From an uncultured virus (IMG/VR IMGVR_UViG_3300011189_000010) (taxonomy: Duplodnaviria > Heunggongvirae > Uroviricota > Caudoviricetes), in IMG/VR virus record IMGVR_UViG_3300011189_000010: a stretch of DNA of 20,000 nt; one strand, written 5' to 3'. This document shows, piece after piece, positions 17,991 to 20,000 of this stretch (positions are counted from its first letter, which is position 1; every line of letters starts with the position of its first letter). A program made the position numbers and the translations under genes. The notes under the pieces were generated by a model. The model had not been told where the DNA came from and searched no databases. It saw nothing but the letters and a program-made list of their open reading frames with translations.

Positions 17991-19766
17991 ATGGGAAAAT
18001 CTAAAAAAAAGAATTCATTAAACAAACAACAGTTTACTAAAAGTGGTGTAGAGTTAAGTATTAAACAAGATAAATTATACAAAGGTATTAGAAGTAATAT
18101 ACTCACTACAGTACACGGTCCAGCAGGTACTAGTAAAGCACAACCTATGGAAACTCCTGTACTAACACCAAATGGGTGGTCTAGAATGGGAGATTTAAAA
18201 TTAAATGATAATGTTATTTCTAAGGATGGGAAACCTACTAGAGTTATTGGTATATTCCCACAAGGTAAAAAGGAAATATGGGAAATATCATTTTCTGATG
18301 GAACTAAAACTGAATGTTGTGGAGATCATTTATGGTTAACCCAAACTGAAAAAGATAGAAGCTATAGGAAGTGGACAAAAACAACAAATGGTATAAGGAA
18401 AAAATATAAATCACCGTTAGATGGTACTGTAAAAACGACAACTGAAATTGTGGAGACATTATATACAAAGAGAAATAGAATAAACCACACTATACCTATA
18501 ACTGAGCCAGTAGAATTTAATAAGATAGATATTGATATTGATCCATATGTTATTGGGTGTTTAATTGGAGATGGTTGTCTAAGAGGAAGTATAGTATTTA
18601 CTTCTGTGGATTCAGAAATAATAGAAACTATAAAAAATTCTATTGATGATGACATGAATTTAGTTAAGAGAAATGATATTGATTATTGTATTACTAAAAA
18701 CATATCTGAATATAAGAATAGATATAAGCAGTATCTCATTAAGATAGGATTATTTGGTAAATTAAGTTATCAAAAATTTATACCTAATTGCTATAAATTT
18801 AACTCTATAACCAATAGAATAGAACTATTAAGAGGTCTTATGGATACTGATGGAACAGTGAGTAAAGATGGATTTTATGTATCATTTACATCAACATCTA
18901 AAAAGTTAACCGCTGATGTTATTGAATTAGTTCAATCACTAGGTGGTACAGGGACTTACCACACACCAGTTTATAATAAATATACATACAATGGGGAACT
19001 AAAAACAGGTAGATTGGCTTATACAATTTCAATAAAAATGAATCCAAATATAAATCCTTTTAAACTTAAAAGAAAGAAGGATTTGGTAGTTCCTAAAACT
19101 AAATACATACCACGTAGGCACATCGTTGGTGCTAAGTTAATAGGCAAAAAAGAAGCACAGTGTATAAAGGTCGATAGTGAGTCAAGTCTATATCTAACCA
19201 ATGATTATATAGTCACACACAATACATTTACCACCTGTTATGCAGCATTAGGACTTCTAGCTGATAAGAAAATAGAGACCATTATAATCACTAAACCTAT
19301 ACAAGAGAGTGGTGAAAACTTAGGAGCTTTACCAGGTGATAAGGATGAGAAGCTACAACCTTATAAACAATCTTATTATACAACATTCGTCAAGATAATA
19401 GGTAAAGAAACAACAGATGAATTATTTGAAAATGATGAGATTATATTTGAACCATTAGCATATATGAGAGGATCAACATATGATAATTGTATAATGTTAT
19501 TAGATGAGTGTCAGAATGTTACGATAAAACAACTTATGCTATGGGTAACTAGATTAGGAACTGATTCTAAGGCAGTTATGATGGGAGATACTTCACAGTA
19601 TGATGTTAGGAAAAGAGATTCTGGATATAATGATTTTATGGAAATGATTAGTGGTATGAGTAACCTATTCCCATTCGAATTTTTAAACGAAGATATTGTT
19701 AGGAATAAATTCTTAATTGAACTAACTAATCGCTATGATAAGTATAGATTTAAAAAAGACATTTAG
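17991..19766 (+). CDS. phoH: PhoH-family ATPase interrupted by an intein (spliced product about 229 aa)
   Basis: GPAGTSK|T Walker A split by the intein; ITKP, ESGENLGALPGD, EPLAYMRGSTY, LLDECQN, TRLG and GDTSQYD are PhoH-type motifs. Confidence 0.93.
   Translation: MGKSKKKNSLNKQQFTKSGVELSIKQDKLYKGIRSNILTTVHGPAGTSKAQPMETPVLTPNGWSRMGDLKLNDNVISKDGKPTRVIGIFPQGKKEIWEISFSDGTKTECCGDHLWLTQTEKDRSYRKWTKTTNGIRKKYKSPLDGTVKTTTEIVETLYTKRNRINHTIPITEPVEFNKIDIDIDPYVIGCLIGDGCLRGSIVFTSVDSEIIETIKNSIDDDMNLVKRNDIDYCITKNISEYKNRYKQYLIKIGLFGKLSYQKFIPNCYKFNSITNRIELLRGLMDTDGTVSKDGFYVSFTSTSKKLTADVIELVQSLGGTGTYHTPVYNKYTYNGELKTGRLAYTISIKMNPNINPFKLKRKKDLVVPKTKYIPRRHIVGAKLIGKKEAQCIKVDSESSLYLTNDYIVTHNTFTTCYAALGLLADKKIETIIITKPIQESGENLGALPGDKDEKLQPYKQSYYTTFVKIIGKETTDELFENDEIIFEPLAYMRGSTYDNCIMLLDECQNVTIKQLMLWVTRLGTDSKAVMMGDTSQYDVRKRDSGYNDFMEMISGMSNLFPFEFLNEDIVRNKFLIELTNRYDKYRFKKDI
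18138..19223 (+). mobile_element. Intein (362 aa, Ala1, class 3 signature) with a LAGLIDADG homing endonuclease
   Basis: Starts AQPMETPVLTPNGW; block B CCGDHLW; LAGLIDADG motifs PYVIGCLIGDG and LLRGLMDTDG; block F AQCIKVD; ends IVTHN followed by +1 Thr. Confidence 0.92.
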
Positions 19767-19770
19767 TAGG

Positions 19771-19800
19771 AAATCCCAATCATTGTATTGGGATTTTTAT
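19771..19800 (+). terminator. Probable intrinsic terminator after phoH
   Basis: Perfect 10-bp stem aaatcccaat / attgggattt with a 6-nt loop, running into TTTTTAT, 4 nt after the stop codon. Confidence 0.7.
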
Positions 19801-19809
19801 ATATAGTAA

Positions 19810-20000
19810 ATGAAATATATCTTAGAATACAAATCATTTTATAAAGTTGGAGATATTGTACTGATTGAATATTGGTACAATGATATGATAACACCTGTTA
19901 AAATATTAGAGGAAATAACTAAAAGAAAACTTAGGATTTCACATGATATAAAAGAATCAAAAATAAGGAATGCTCCTGATGAGGTTGTTAAATCAACTCA
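19810..20000 (+). CDS. Hypothetical protein, 3'-truncated by the window edge (not in the ORF track)
   Basis: ATG at 19810, open to the end: MKYILEYKSFYKVGDIVLIEYWYNDMITPVKILEEITKRKLRISHDIKESKIRNAPDEVVKST. TATATATA lies 4 nt upstream. Confidence 0.75.
   Translation, partial: MKYILEYKSFYKVGDIVLIEYWYNDMITPVKILEEITKRKLRISHDIKESKIRNAPDEVVKST

Noticed and set aside
1131..19201. Other short alternative-frame or antisense ORFs in the track (for example 1131-1337, 2174-2398, 4269-4505, 11326-11736, 12085-12312, 14954-15283, 18362-18655)
   Set aside because: They overlap stronger genes and show no recognisable motifs.
1..20000. Stop-codon reassignment, as in some large phages
   Set aside because: Genes are intact and tightly packed in code 11, and TAA, TAG and TGA each end genes at sensible positions.

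Overview
Very AT-rich, gene-dense DNA read in the standard bacterial code, most consistent with part of a large (jumbo-type) dsDNA phage genome. A Bacteroidetes-like host is inferred from BACON domains and mostly SD-less, A-rich translation starts. It holds three very large putative virion proteins (>=945, 894 and 1700 aa), a shortened DnaJ, a beta-class N6/N4 DNA methyltransferase, a gp46/SbcC-like ATPase, a T5orf172/GIY-YIG protein, several small hypothetical proteins and a PhoH gene. Main observations: (i) the methyltransferase is bracketed by a 32-bp near-perfect direct repeat that duplicates the SbcC-stop/next-gene-start junction, so it looks like a discrete inserted cassette with no recombinase in the window; (ii) PhoH carries an Ala-start intein with the class 3 W-C-T signature and a LAGLIDADG endonuclease in its P-loop; (iii) an AATATATA motif lies just upstream of many genes, in three cases exactly 4 nt before the ATG; (iv) the 1700-aa protein has about 34 (W/F)xxGx pentapeptide repeats. 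No tRNA, rRNA or CRISPR array was seen.
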